Assembly (NCBI GenBank): GCA_963845185.1
Contig: CAWJRG010000005.1
Span: forward strand, 576,001-640,000
DNA: 64,000 nucleotides
Reading direction: 5' to 3'
DNA from: an uncultured bacterium
GTDB lineage: Bacteria; Oederibacteriota; PGYV01; CAWJRG01
The notes beneath the pieces are model-generated. The model had not been told where the DNA came from and searched no databases. It saw only the letters and a program-made list of their open reading frames with translations. Positions 40,213 through 49,352 of this stretch are shown here, piece by piece. Within the stretch, counting starts at the first letter, position 1. Every line of letters starts with the position of its first letter. The translations under genes and the position numbers were made by a program.

Positions 40213-41733
40213 ATGAAAAAGACATTGATTGCTTTGCTTTTTATTGTCTCAGCAGTCGCACTACCTGTTATGGCCGCTGATAACGCGAACATGGTTTTAA
40301 ATGGCGATTTTTCCGTGGGCAATTCAAACTGGTGGGACTACAAGAACGATACCGGCGCTTATAAAGTATCTGCTGCTGACAAGTGCCTGAAAATCGACAT
40401 TACGGACCCAGGTTCAAATCCATGGTCAATCGGCGTGGGCCAGGGTGACCTGAATCTGGAAAAGGACACTGTTTATACCGTGAAATTTTCCATCAAAGGC
40501 AACCTCCCAAAACCAGTAAGGCTCCTGCTCTCCATGGCAAACGCGCCTTACCTTACCTATTCCGGTACGCATGTGTACACGCTGACTCCAGATTTTAAGG
40601 AATACACTTTCTCATTTACCATGAACCACCCTACCGACGCGAAAAGCAATATCGTGTTCCAGGTCGGAAAAGCAGGTACGGGCAGCGTTTATATAAACAA
40701 TGTCTCTGTCGTAAAAGCAGGCCCTAAAAAAGAGGAAGTAATATTAAAGGATTTCCCTGCTCCTTTTGCCAAAGAGATGAAGCGCGGGCTTAATTTTGGC
40801 AATACGCTTGATGCGCCTGTCGAGGGCGAGTGGGGCCAGGAGCTGCGCGGGGATTATTTTGATATTATAAAAAAGAACGGGAACTTCGACACTGTGCGCA
40901 TACCATGCCGCTGGGAAACCCGCTGCAGCGAAAACCCGCCGTACACCATAGACCCTGCGTTCATGAGGCACGTAGAATGGGCAGTGTCGCAGGCATTGAG
41001 CCGAGGTTTTTACGTTGTCCTGAACATGCACCACCATTTGACATTTGAGAACGAACCGGTCAAGCAAAAAGAAAGATGGCTCTCCATGTGGAAACAGATT
41101 GCCGAACATTTCAAGGACTATCCCGCGAACCTGAAATTTGAAATTTACAATGAGCCCGGCACCCACCTTAGCGACAAGGCAGGCACACTTGAGCAGGCTG
41201 ATATCTGGAACAGCTTGTGGCCAGAGGCATACAGGGTAATAAGGCAGTCAAATCCCACAAGAGATATAGTTATATCAGGCCCGCACTGGGCAAATGTGGA
41301 CAGCCTGCTGTATCTCGAGGTGCCCGCAGATATAGAAAAGGACCCGGACAAAATAATCCAGTTTCATTTTTACTATCCCGTGGATTTTTGCCTGCAGGGA
41401 GCGAACGGAAGCGGCTTTGAAAACTCCAAAGGCATAAGGTGGGGTTCAGACATTGACAAAGACAACATTAAATATAAATTCTATGTGATTACAAAATGGG
41501 CAAAAGAGCACAACTACAGGCTGTGGAACGGGGAATTTTCCTGCTTTGGCGAGGCATCAGTGCCTGCGGACAGGTTCAAGTGGATAAATTATGTGGTCAC
41601 ACAGTGCGAGAAAAACAACATACCTTGGTGCTTCTGGGATTTCGCGGGAGACGTGGGCAAAGTCTATGACCCTGATGCGAATGAGTGGAACCCAAAACTG
41701 TTAAAAGCACTGACAAAGCCAAACGGGTTGTAA
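40213..41733 (+). CDS. Secreted GH5 glycoside hydrolase with N-terminal CBM4/9-like module
   Basis: Signal peptide; NGDFS module start; RGLNFGNTLDAP, VRIP, NMHH, EIYNEP (acid/base), FHFY and NGEF (nucleophile). Confidence 0.9.
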   Translation: MKKTLIALLFIVSAVALPVMAADNANMVLNGDFSVGNSNWWDYKNDTGAYKVSAADKCLKIDITDPGSNPWSIGVGQGDLNLEKDTVYTVKFSIKGNLPKPVRLLLSMANAPYLTYSGTHVYTLTPDFKEYTFSFTMNHPTDAKSNIVFQVGKAGTGSVYINNVSVVKAGPKKEEVILKDFPAPFAKEMKRGLNFGNTLDAPVEGEWGQELRGDYFDIIKKNGNFDTVRIPCRWETRCSENPPYTIDPAFMRHVEWAVSQALSRGFYVVLNMHHHLTFENEPVKQKERWLSMWKQIAEHFKDYPANLKFEIYNEPGTHLSDKAGTLEQADIWNSLWPEAYRVIRQSNPTRDIVISGPHWANVDSLLYLEVPADIEKDPDKIIQFHFYYPVDFCLQGANGSGFENSKGIRWGSDIDKDNIKYKFYVITKWAKEHNYRLWNGEFSCFGEASVPADRFKWINYVVTQCEKNNIPWCFWDFAGDVGKVYDPDANEWNPKLLKALTKPNGL

Positions 41734-41734
41734 T

Positions 41735-42073
41735 TTATTTAGCCGGCTTTTTAATTTTTCTCAATTCCCATACTGTGCCTTTTGCATCAGGGCAGTGTAT
41801 CTTATATACCCTGGGGTCATCGTACCACGATGGGACGCCAAGCATTACGCGCAGGATATAGCGGTCTATGACGTGCAAAAGCGCGTCACAGATGTGCTCC
41901 GGCCTTTTTAACGGGCTTTCGTAAATAAAAATATCCCCGAGGCTGTGCTTGCAGACTTCGTTTTTCTCAACCATCTTTATCTCAACCGCGCTGAAGCTTT
42001 TCCAGAATTTCTTATATTCTTCCGGGTCTTTTATTTTTCCCATGTCGATATTCAGGTCTAAATCTTCTCCCAT
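41735..42073 (-). CDS. Small Cys-containing protein, TIGR04076-like
   Basis: C-x-H..GD.F, ICDAL and CPD..GTVWEL pattern. Confidence 0.6.
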   Translation of the reverse strand: MGEDLDLNIDMGKIKDPEEYKKFWKSFSAVEIKMVEKNEVCKHSLGDIFIYESPLKRPEHICDALLHVIDRYILRVMLGVPSWYDDPRVYKIHCPDAKGTVWELRKIKKPAK

Positions 42074-42095
42074 TTTAATAACCTCCTTATTAAAA

Positions 42096-42659
42096 TTACT
42101 TTGAGCCAGGAACCTGTCTGTCAGGATTGTTTGTCCCTTCGGGAACTGCCGTGCCTGTTACAGACGCCGACCAAACTGATGCGGTCACGGTGTTGCTGAA
42201 ATAATTATCAATCATATCTTTTAACTCAAGAAAATCTTTTGGCTGGCCGTGGTGCTGCCCGCTATCATCGGATGTACCGGAGTTGTCATTTTGCACTCCC
42301 ATACCGCCGCTTCCTCCCCAGCCGCCGCCGCCAAATCCTCCACCGCCGGAACCCCTGTGACCGCCCCTGTGCTCGCCTGAATTGCTGCCGGCATTTTTTG
42401 CAATATCATCCATTTTATCAATTACATCCTGAGCCTTGGCAATAATTTCCGCGCCTTCCGCGCTGGTTATCTTGCCGGTCTCCATGCCGTATACAGTACG
42501 TTTAAGCTGGTCAGTTATACCTTCTTTCATCCGGTTCATGCGGCTGTTCCAGTCCTTGTCGCCGACATCTCTCATCATCAGTTCCAGGTCCGAGATCTCT
42601 TCGTCCGTGCTTTTTACGATTACTTTCCTTTGCGTGGCACAGCCTGCTGTAATTACCAA
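42096..42659 (-). CDS. Hypothetical lipoprotein with Gly-rich segment
   Basis: TAGC lipobox; frame stays open upstream to an AGGAG SD near 42700, so the true start is uncertain. Confidence 0.65.
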   Translation of the reverse strand: MVITAGCATQRKVIVKSTDEEISDLELMMRDVGDKDWNSRMNRMKEGITDQLKRTVYGMETGKITSAEGAEIIAKAQDVIDKMDDIAKNAGSNSGEHRGGHRGSGGGGFGGGGWGGSGGMGVQNDNSGTSDDSGQHHGQPKDFLELKDMIDNYFSNTVTASVWSASVTGTAVPEGTNNPDRQVPGSK

Positions 42660-42880
42660 TATTACTATGGCTAAAATCCATGCTTTTTTAATTTTTATTC
42701 TCCTGATTTACGGATTTTATTGGAATTTGACTTGTTAGAATAACCGGAATATATCTTATTGAAAAAATCCCCCCTCACGGCAGGTTTAATTGCTTTAATT
42801 ATTTAATAAAATTCAATCCATAATGCTGCCGGGTTGCCGTATTTGCCGCCCGGCAGGAGTAATGGATTTTTTTAAAACTC

Positions 42881-43063
42881 TTATTTTGTCGTTGTGGCTG
42901 CTGCGGCAGGATTTACTTTTTTGCATCTCTTTCCGTGATGTTTACCCATCTTTTTGCATGCTTTGGACGGGCCTGGCGTTGCTGAAGCACTTCCTGCAGT
43001 GCCTGCAAATGCCACTGTTGCTGAAAATAGTGCGATAAGAACGATAGCCATAATTTTCTTCAT
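42881..43063 (-). CDS. Small secreted basic protein
   Basis: AAGGAGG SD, signal peptide ending VAFA, Lys/His-rich tail. Confidence 0.65.
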   Translation of the reverse strand: MKKIMAIVLIALFSATVAFAGTAGSASATPGPSKACKKMGKHHGKRCKKVNPAAAATTTK

Positions 43064-43161
43064 CTTTTTCACCTCCTTCATTTTAAACTTTTTACTTGGT
43101 TATTAGACGCTTTTGATGTGCATAAAAGTTCCATAATATAATTCGCCTTATCTGCCGCATT

Positions 43162-44202
43162 TTACTTGCCTGCTACCACCAAAATCACAAAAGTATCCTT
43201 TATTATAGGAGGACGCTGCCAATGGATTCCCGGCGCCGGTGTTTGTGCAGGCATTGGCCCGAACTCGGCAGTTGGAAGAAAAATTTTGTGAGTCACAGGG
43301 TCCACTGTCATTGTGCGCGCGCCTTTTTGCGTTTCCGCTGTCTGGACAACCTCAAATTTTCCACCAGGCGCCGCTTTGGCCACGGTCAATGTACCGTCTG
43401 CTCCGTTGGCGCAGAACGCAAGCCCTCTTTTTGCGTCAAAACCGCACCCGTCAACACCGGAACCTACAGGTACCGCTGCTGTAATTTTTCCGCTTTGTAT
43501 GTCGAGCACAGTCATCATTCTATTATGGCACCCGGAAAAAATAAGGTAATTCTTTATATCAATTGCTATGCCTGTTGGTTCATTACCCGGCTTTATGGAA
43601 AAACGCCTGGCAATTTTTTCCTTTGCAGAATCAATTTCAACCACCTCGGCTGTGTCTTCTATATTTACATATACCATGCCGTTGCCGTCGGCGCACGCGA
43701 ATTCCGGCTTTCCGCCAAGGGCAATCGTCCCAATGGCCCTGCCCGCGGCCGCGTCGATTACTGTCGAGTCTTTTGATTTCCCGTTGAATGTAAACACTTT
43801 TTTGGAAAACGCGTCATAAAGTATAGCGTCCGGATTTTCTCCGGTCTTTACTTCGCCTTTTATTTTTAAGGTTTTCAAATCAAAAATAGTGACGGTATTT
43901 GCCTTGCCGTTGCTTGTAAACCCGCAGTTAAACTCTTCCGCGATTGCGATGCCATGAACGCCGTCAGTGCCCGGGATTTCCCCTACAACTTTGTTCCTGG
44001 CAGTATCCACAACAATAACATGCGTCCCGCGCGAAATATAAAGCCTCGACGCCGCGCTGTCGCAGGTCAGGTAATCCCAGCCTTCTTCGCCTTTGACATG
44101 TATTTTTTTTACAACCCTGTATCCCGGTTCCGCGCAGAATCCTGCTGCGTAAATTGCCAGGGCCAGCCCTGATAAAAATAGAACCTTAAAAAATCTCTTC
44201 AT
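43162..44202 (-). CDS. YncE/YVTN-like beta-propeller protein
   Basis: GWDYL, GVHGIA, NPDAILYD, GKPEFA and GARTMTVD; ATGA overlap with the upstream gene. Confidence 0.85.
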   Translation of the reverse strand: MKRFFKVLFLSGLALAIYAAGFCAEPGYRVVKKIHVKGEEGWDYLTCDSAASRLYISRGTHVIVVDTARNKVVGEIPGTDGVHGIAIAEEFNCGFTSNGKANTVTIFDLKTLKIKGEVKTGENPDAILYDAFSKKVFTFNGKSKDSTVIDAAAGRAIGTIALGGKPEFACADGNGMVYVNIEDTAEVVEIDSAKEKIARRFSIKPGNEPTGIAIDIKNYLIFSGCHNRMMTVLDIQSGKITAAVPVGSGVDGCGFDAKRGLAFCANGADGTLTVAKAAPGGKFEVVQTAETQKGARTMTVDPVTHKIFLPTAEFGPMPAQTPAPGIHWQRPPIIKDTFVILVVAGK

Positions 44203-45077
44203 TTCGCTGCTCCTTTTTCTGCTTTTATTTCCCATTCATATATTTTGTCCTGTGCCGCAGGGGCGTCCTGTGCATCCGGGGATACTTCAAGATATTTGTT
44301 CATTTCATCAACTGCGCCCTCATAATCGCTTTGCTGCTCGCCTAAAAGCACGGCCAGGTCATAATGTCCCTTGGGATACCATGGCGCTGCTTTAAGGCCT
44401 TTGCTGTAAAGCTCTGCTGCGCCGCTGTAATCTTTATTTTTTGCGGCTTCTTCTGCCTGTTCAAAATATTTGCCTGCTTTTTTTCTCAGTTTATATTTTG
44501 CCGGATTTAAAAGGTATTCTTCCGCCGTCTTTCTGAAAGCTTGTTTTTCAGGGCTGTACTCCCTTGATTGCGGGTCATGGATAAGGACATACAAAGAATC
44601 AGCGAATACGGTCGCAACGTTTACCGCGTCTCCTGTATTGCCGTACCTTCCCTTACCGCTGCCGTACATCCAAAAATAAAAATAAAACTTGCCCGAATTC
44701 GCTGAATTTTGCACTACAACATAAACAAAGCCCCCCATGTCGCCCTGGTAGTTGATAACTGTCGGGTCCCCGAGGTCAATAAATTTCAGGGAAACTGTTT
44801 CTGCCTTTCCCTTGTCAGGCCACGGCGATTCTTCAAACGTAATCCCCTCGCTGCTGATATCCAAATTTGTTACGGAAAAATCCGTATTTTTATAGTCCTG
44901 GTCAACATCAAGTATGCCTTTGAAGGTATCCGAAAAGTTATCGTACGCCCATTTTTTTGAATTGTCGTTTATCAGGTTTGCCTCGGGCTTGTATATCACG
45001 TTCGCGCATCCGGATATAAGAACGCAAAAAAATGCCGTTACAAAAAGTATTCCCCAAAAACGTATTTTTCCCGTCAT
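44199..45077 (-). CDS. Lipoprotein with C-terminal TPR
   Basis: ISGC lipobox; APWYPKGHYDLA..YLEVSPDAQDA. Confidence 0.75.
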   Translation of the reverse strand: MTGKIRFWGILFVTAFFCVLISGCANVIYKPEANLINDNSKKWAYDNFSDTFKGILDVDQDYKNTDFSVTNLDISSEGITFEESPWPDKGKAETVSLKFIDLGDPTVINYQGDMGGFVYVVVQNSANSGKFYFYFWMYGSGKGRYGNTGDAVNVATVFADSLYVLIHDPQSREYSPEKQAFRKTAEEYLLNPAKYKLRKKAGKYFEQAEEAAKNKDYSGAAELYSKGLKAAPWYPKGHYDLAVLLGEQQSDYEGAVDEMNKYLEVSPDAQDAPAAQDKIYEWEIKAEKGAAK

Positions 45078-45142
45078 TTTTGTCTCCTAATCAAAATATT
45101 GTTCCTGCTTAAAGATAAAAATAATGAATTGCCGTTGCCCAT

Positions 45143-45172
45143 AAATAAAAAGACGCCCCTGCGGGCGTCTTT
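45143..45172 (-). terminator. Intrinsic terminator after rpmA
   Basis: aaagacgccc-gcag-gggcgtcttt followed by a U-rich tract on the minus strand. Confidence 0.75.
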
Positions 45173-45203
45173 AGCTTGATTTTATATTTGCAATTTTATG
45201 TTT

Positions 45204-45467
45204 TTAATTAATGGCTTGCGCAGGGTATACACTCACTCTTTTTTTATTTTTGCTGTCTTCGTATTTAACCTTGCCTGTGACTTTCGCAAATAAAGTATGG
45301 TCCTTGCCGACACCGACGTTATAACCGGCATTTATCCTTGTGCCGCGCTGCCGCACAAGTATTGTCCCCGCGTGCACGAGGTTATTGTCGTGCTGCTTTA
45401 CGCCGAGCCGCTGGCCAGCGCTGTCCCTGCCGTTTCTTGAACTGCCCTGAGCTTTTGTATGTGCCAT
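45204..45467 (-). CDS. rpmA: 50S ribosomal protein L27
   Basis: [29 protein letters not shown] and GKDHTLFA. Confidence 0.98.
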   Translation of the reverse strand: MAHTKAQGSSRNGRDSAGQRLGVKQHDNNLVHAGTILVRQRGTRINAGYNVGVGKDHTLFAKVTGKVKYEDSKNKKRVSVYPAQAIN

Positions 45468-45486
45468 ATCATTTCACCTCTTTGTT

Positions 45487-45798
45487 TTACCCTTCTATTT
45501 TCTGGATTTTCAGTTTTGTAAACTGCTGTCTGTGGCCTTTTTTCCTTCTCATGTTTTTTCTGCGCTTCCACTTGAATACAACCACCTTGTCGCCTTTTAC
45601 TTTCGGGTTTATTATTTCCGCGGTAATTTTCACGTTTTGTACGGTAGGCGCCCCGACTTTAATTTCTTCGCCGTTGACAAGCAGCAGTATTTTGTCAAAA
45701 TTAACCTGCTTGTCCGTGACTTCCAATTTATCAACGTCAATTACCGAATTTTCAGAGACTTTATACTGTTTTCCCGCAATTTCAACTATGGCGTACAT
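45487..45798 (-). CDS. rplU: 50S ribosomal protein L21
   Basis: MYAIVEIAGKQYKV..KKGHRQQFT. Confidence 0.98.
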   Translation of the reverse strand: MYAIVEIAGKQYKVSENSVIDVDKLEVTDKQVNFDKILLLVNGEEIKVGAPTVQNVKITAEIINPKVKGDKVVVFKWKRRKNMRRKKGHRQQFTKLKIQKIEG

Positions 45799-45856
45799 TT
45801 TAAATCCTCCCTTTTCCTTTATTTTATCTTTTCTGTTTCATTATTTGACTTCATTC

Positions 45857-45932
45857 TGGTGAGCCGGGCGAGAGTCGAACTCGCGACGCCCGCCTTAAAA
45901 GGGCGGTGCTCTACCAACTGAGCTACCGGCCC
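45857..45932 (-). tRNA. tRNA-Lys (UUU)
   Basis: 76-nt cloverleaf GGGCCGG..TAGCTCAGTTGGTAGAGC, anticodon loop CTTTTAA, GTTCGA, encoded CCA. Confidence 0.97.
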
Positions 45933-46244
45933 ACTCATATTTACAGTTTAAAGTTCCATTTTAAATGTTCAAAGTCAATCCATTAAAAACCATCAATCAG
46001 GTAGCTCAGTTATCGGCCGCAAGGCCGATTTACTGAGCTGAAATGCCCATGCGAGCCATTGCGAGCATACAAAAATCAATGCTTACCGTCCTATCATTTT
46101 GCCGGGCTTTTTCCCCGGCTCAAGGCCAACGTCTATTTGTCCAGGCCGTTAATTGATTTCATAAATTTACAAACAGCATTATCCGTCCGCAAGTTTAATG
46201 TTATTTTTCACTGCATTTATGACAGGATTTAATAACAGGGCTAT

Positions 46245-46272
46245 ATTTTACACATCTTGCATTTTATGTCAA
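46245..46272 (-). promoter_or_regulatory. Putative sigma70 promoter for tRNA-Lys/rplU/rpmA
   Basis: TTGACA-16 nt-TAAAAT on the minus strand. Confidence 0.55.
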
Positions 46273-46357
46273 TATGTTTTTATATTCGGAATAAAATTGC
46301 CGCGGCGCCCGGCTTATGCAGCCCCTTCTCCGGCGGCATAAGCTAAACCCATGGTTT

Positions 46358-46843
46358 TTATTGCGTCCCAAACTTATAGTAATACATTTTTTTCCTTGTT
46401 ATTTTGCCGTCTTTTTCATGGACAAGAAAAACCTGTGCCCTGCCGGTGCTGGATATTTCATAGGTTTCCCACTTATCGTGGCTTTCCCTCTGCACCGAAG
46501 GCTTGTATGTTCTTATTTTCTTTCTGTCAATATCCACAAACACGGCGTCTTGCATGGATACCTGGCCTTTGTATTTGACGCACATGAAACACGCGTATTT
46601 TGCGTTTGTCGAAAGCATTTCATCGTATACGCCCGTTATCTGCTCGCCTTTTTGCGGCCTGTATTCCCAGATTATCCTGTCCCCTTCATAAATAATAACT
46701 TCATTTTTCCCGTTAATTTCAAGCACTCTGCCGTTTTTCTCAATGCGCCTCGTTTTTTCCCCTGTTAAGTCTTTAACCCTGCCCCTTGCGCATGAAAAAA
46801 CTACAAGCAATGCGCATATAAAAAGTACCGCTGTTTTTTTCAC
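46358..46843 (-). CDS. Hypothetical lipoprotein
   Basis: VFSC lipobox; GGAG SD before a GTG start. Confidence 0.7.
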   Translation of the reverse strand: MKKTAVLFICALLVVFSCARGRVKDLTGEKTRRIEKNGRVLEINGKNEVIIYEGDRIIWEYRPQKGEQITGVYDEMLSTNAKYACFMCVKYKGQVSMQDAVFVDIDRKKIRTYKPSVQRESHDKWETYEISSTGRAQVFLVHEKDGKITRKKMYYYKFGTQ

Positions 46844-46903
46844 TTTTTTCTCCGTTAAATGCCTTTTGCAATTTCCCCCGGCCAGGAACCGAAAACCGGC
46901 AAT

Positions 46904-47389
46904 TTACGGCTTTAAGACAACCTTTTCCTTTATTGTCATTTTGGTTATTTCCGCGCCTTTGGCTTCCGGGTGGAAGTTGTATCCGTAATCAAGCACGCCC
47001 ACTTCGTAGCCTTTTTCCGGAAACCAGGTCAGGATTATATGCATCGGGTATTCGACGCCTTTTGTAAAGTCGCACGAGTATATGAGTTCGATGTCGGGCT
47101 TTCCCTTGGGGTCAATGTAATACTTGAACTCGGCTTTTTTCCATTTCCCGAGCATACCCGCGTTTTTTCCGCAGGAGCCAGCAAAAGCGTCAACGTCAAT
47201 CTGGTTCTTGAATTCATCCGTAAAATACTTGTACGCGCCCTCATAATTCCCGGCCATGAGGTTCTTTAAAACCTTGTTTGCTGTTTCCACGGCTTTTGTG
47301 ACGTCGTGGACAACCGGTTTTTGCGCACAGGACAGAAAAAACAAAACAGCCGCACACGATAACACTGCAACAACTTTTTTGATGGACAT
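46904..47389 (-). CDS. Hypothetical lipoprotein (DUF3887/NTF2-like)
   Basis: FLSC lipobox; GNYEGAYKYFTDEFK pattern; GGAGG SD. Confidence 0.7.
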   Translation of the reverse strand: MSIKKVVAVLSCAAVLFFLSCAQKPVVHDVTKAVETANKVLKNLMAGNYEGAYKYFTDEFKNQIDVDAFAGSCGKNAGMLGKWKKAEFKYYIDPKGKPDIELIYSCDFTKGVEYPMHIILTWFPEKGYEVGVLDYGYNFHPEAKGAEITKMTIKEKVVLKP

Positions 47390-47547
47390 TTTTTACCTCC
47401 CTTATGATAGCGTTTGTTTTGTCGAGCCGTCAACAGGCTATGACAAAACATTACGCTATCTTAGTACCCGATCCAGTCCGGGCCGCAGGTCCGGACAAGC
47501 GGTATTAATTATCTTCCAAAATTGTTAATTCTTAATTGATGATTAAG

Positions 47548-49344
47548 TTATTTCCCTTGCATGCCCTGCAGGGCTTTCTGCTTGCTTCTTGCGTCCTCTA
47601 TATAGCGTTTCACTTTCAGCACGTAATCGCTTTTTGGGTCAAGCTCCTCGATATTTTTCCAGTAAATAATCGCGGCGTCAAGGTTACCGTCTGTGTATTT
47701 TTCTATGCCTTTGTAGTAATATTCCTTTGTTTTCGAGTTTATTAGTTCTTTCAGCGTCGCAAGCATGCTGGTGGCATCCTCGTACGCAGGGCACATATTC
47801 ACCAGATTCCTCAGCTTTTTCACTCCTTCCACGACCGACGCGTCCTTGGCCACCTCTGCTTTTGCCTTGCCTATGTCATCCTGCATTTCCTGCTGTTTTA
47901 TTTTCGTCCTTTCTATGTATTGCTTTATTTTTGCGAAATTCGGGTCTTTTGCCAGTCCCGCCTGCCATGTTGACAGTGCTTTTGTATAATCGCAGTCGTT
48001 ATAATATTTCAGCCCGTCCCTGAAATATTTCTCGGCCTGTTTTGACATGCCTTTCGACGACTTTAATTCCCTCGCGTCGTTCATCCACAGGTCAATATCC
48101 TTGTATGCCGGGTATATCTTTTTTACGTCGTCCCAGCTTTTCACGGCTTTTTCAAACTCGAATTTTTCGTAAAATTTCATGCCTTCGGCAAAAAGTTTAT
48201 CGGCTCTCTTCAGGTTGCCTGCGCTCAATATCATTTTCCTGGCTTTTGCTATGTCTATGTCAATGCCCTCGTAATCCGGGACCGAAGCTTTCACCTCTTC
48301 CCATTTGCGCATGGCTCCCCTGTAATCGCCTGCTTTGAAAAGTTCCTCTCCGTCCGCGTAGGTCTGCGAAGCAAGGAACCGGGTCATTTTCATGTAATTG
48401 TCTTTTTCTTTTTCTTCCGAGCTCTCGTACAAAAATTTCAGGCCCACGAGGTTTGTGATGCCGAGGTCGCCCTTTGACGTAAAAGCGTAATCAAAAGACA
48501 GCTGGTCTATTGTGATTCCCGCTCCTGCCGACAATCCTGTCACTCCCTGTAGCACCTGGTTTGCGCTGCTGAAATTATAGCCCCCGCGCAGAGTCAGTAT
48601 TTTAAACAATTTGAGTTCCGCGCCCGCAGCGTATGACATGCCGTACAGTGCCGAATATTTTGCGTCAACCGCTGCCGTAAGCTTGTTGCCCTGTATATTG
48701 AATACATTTACTCCAAAGCCGCTCCTTATGTTGTAAACGCCGCTTGAGCTCAGGTTAAAATTCTGCAGCGCGGCTCCTATTGACACGATGTCCCCTATTT
48801 TCGCGAGCACACCTGCGTTAAGCAGGAATCCGTAAGCGCTGTAACTCGCTATTGAAATGTTTGAAGCATTCAGGCCTATCCCCAGCGACAAATAATCCGT
48901 GACCGGCGCTCCGTAAGCAAGCCCGCCTGAAATATTATTCGGGTTGATGCTGTTGTTCATGTCCACGCCGTTTGAGTCCCTTTGCTCAAAAATGCCGTAG
49001 TTTGTATAGGAAAAAAAACCGCCTACTACCCCGTATCCCACGGGCAGCGCCGCGTTCGCGTACTGGAAAGATGAGTCAAGCAACCACTTATCGTAAGCAG
49101 CATCGAGTTCAATGAGTTTAATGTCGGAAAGCCCTGCCGGGTTATAAAAAACAGACGATGCGTCGTCGGAAATTGCGGTAAAGGCGCCTGCCAGGCCTGC
49201 GGCGCGCGCACCCATGTTTATGTCGAGCGACGCGAAGTCAATCGGGTTTGCGGTCGTGGCAAAGGCAAAGTTCGCACCCAACAAAGTAGCTGCGGAAATT
49301 AAAAAGAATTTTTTTATTCTGTTCTTCACACCAATGGGTCTCAT
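47548..49344 (-). CDS. PorV/PorQ-family outer-membrane barrel fused to a TPR array
   Basis: GARAAGLAGAFTAISDDASSVFYNPAGL signature, barrel end FDYAF..GDLG, then ~290 aa of TPR-like helices. Confidence 0.85.
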   Translation of the reverse strand: MRPIGVKNRIKKFFLISAATLLGANFAFATTANPIDFASLDINMGARAAGLAGAFTAISDDASSVFYNPAGLSDIKLIELDAAYDKWLLDSSFQYANAALPVGYGVVGGFFSYTNYGIFEQRDSNGVDMNNSINPNNISGGLAYGAPVTDYLSLGIGLNASNISIASYSAYGFLLNAGVLAKIGDIVSIGAALQNFNLSSSGVYNIRSGFGVNVFNIQGNKLTAAVDAKYSALYGMSYAAGAELKLFKILTLRGGYNFSSANQVLQGVTGLSAGAGITIDQLSFDYAFTSKGDLGITNLVGLKFLYESSEEKEKDNYMKMTRFLASQTYADGEELFKAGDYRGAMRKWEEVKASVPDYEGIDIDIAKARKMILSAGNLKRADKLFAEGMKFYEKFEFEKAVKSWDDVKKIYPAYKDIDLWMNDARELKSSKGMSKQAEKYFRDGLKYYNDCDYTKALSTWQAGLAKDPNFAKIKQYIERTKIKQQEMQDDIGKAKAEVAKDASVVEGVKKLRNLVNMCPAYEDATSMLATLKELINSKTKEYYYKGIEKYTDGNLDAAIIYWKNIEELDPKSDYVLKVKRYIEDARSKQKALQGMQGK

Positions 49345-49352
49345 TTATCCTT

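Noticed and set aside
45532..45921. 129-aa plus-strand ORF
   Set aside because: Antisense to rplU and tRNA-Lys.
45857..45932. tRNA-Lys as an island attachment site
   Set aside because: No integrase and no duplicated tRNA 3' end found; rplU follows directly.
47401..47506. Long hairpins as integron attC sites
   Set aside because: No RYYYAAC/GTTRRRY boundaries recognised and no integron integrase in the window.
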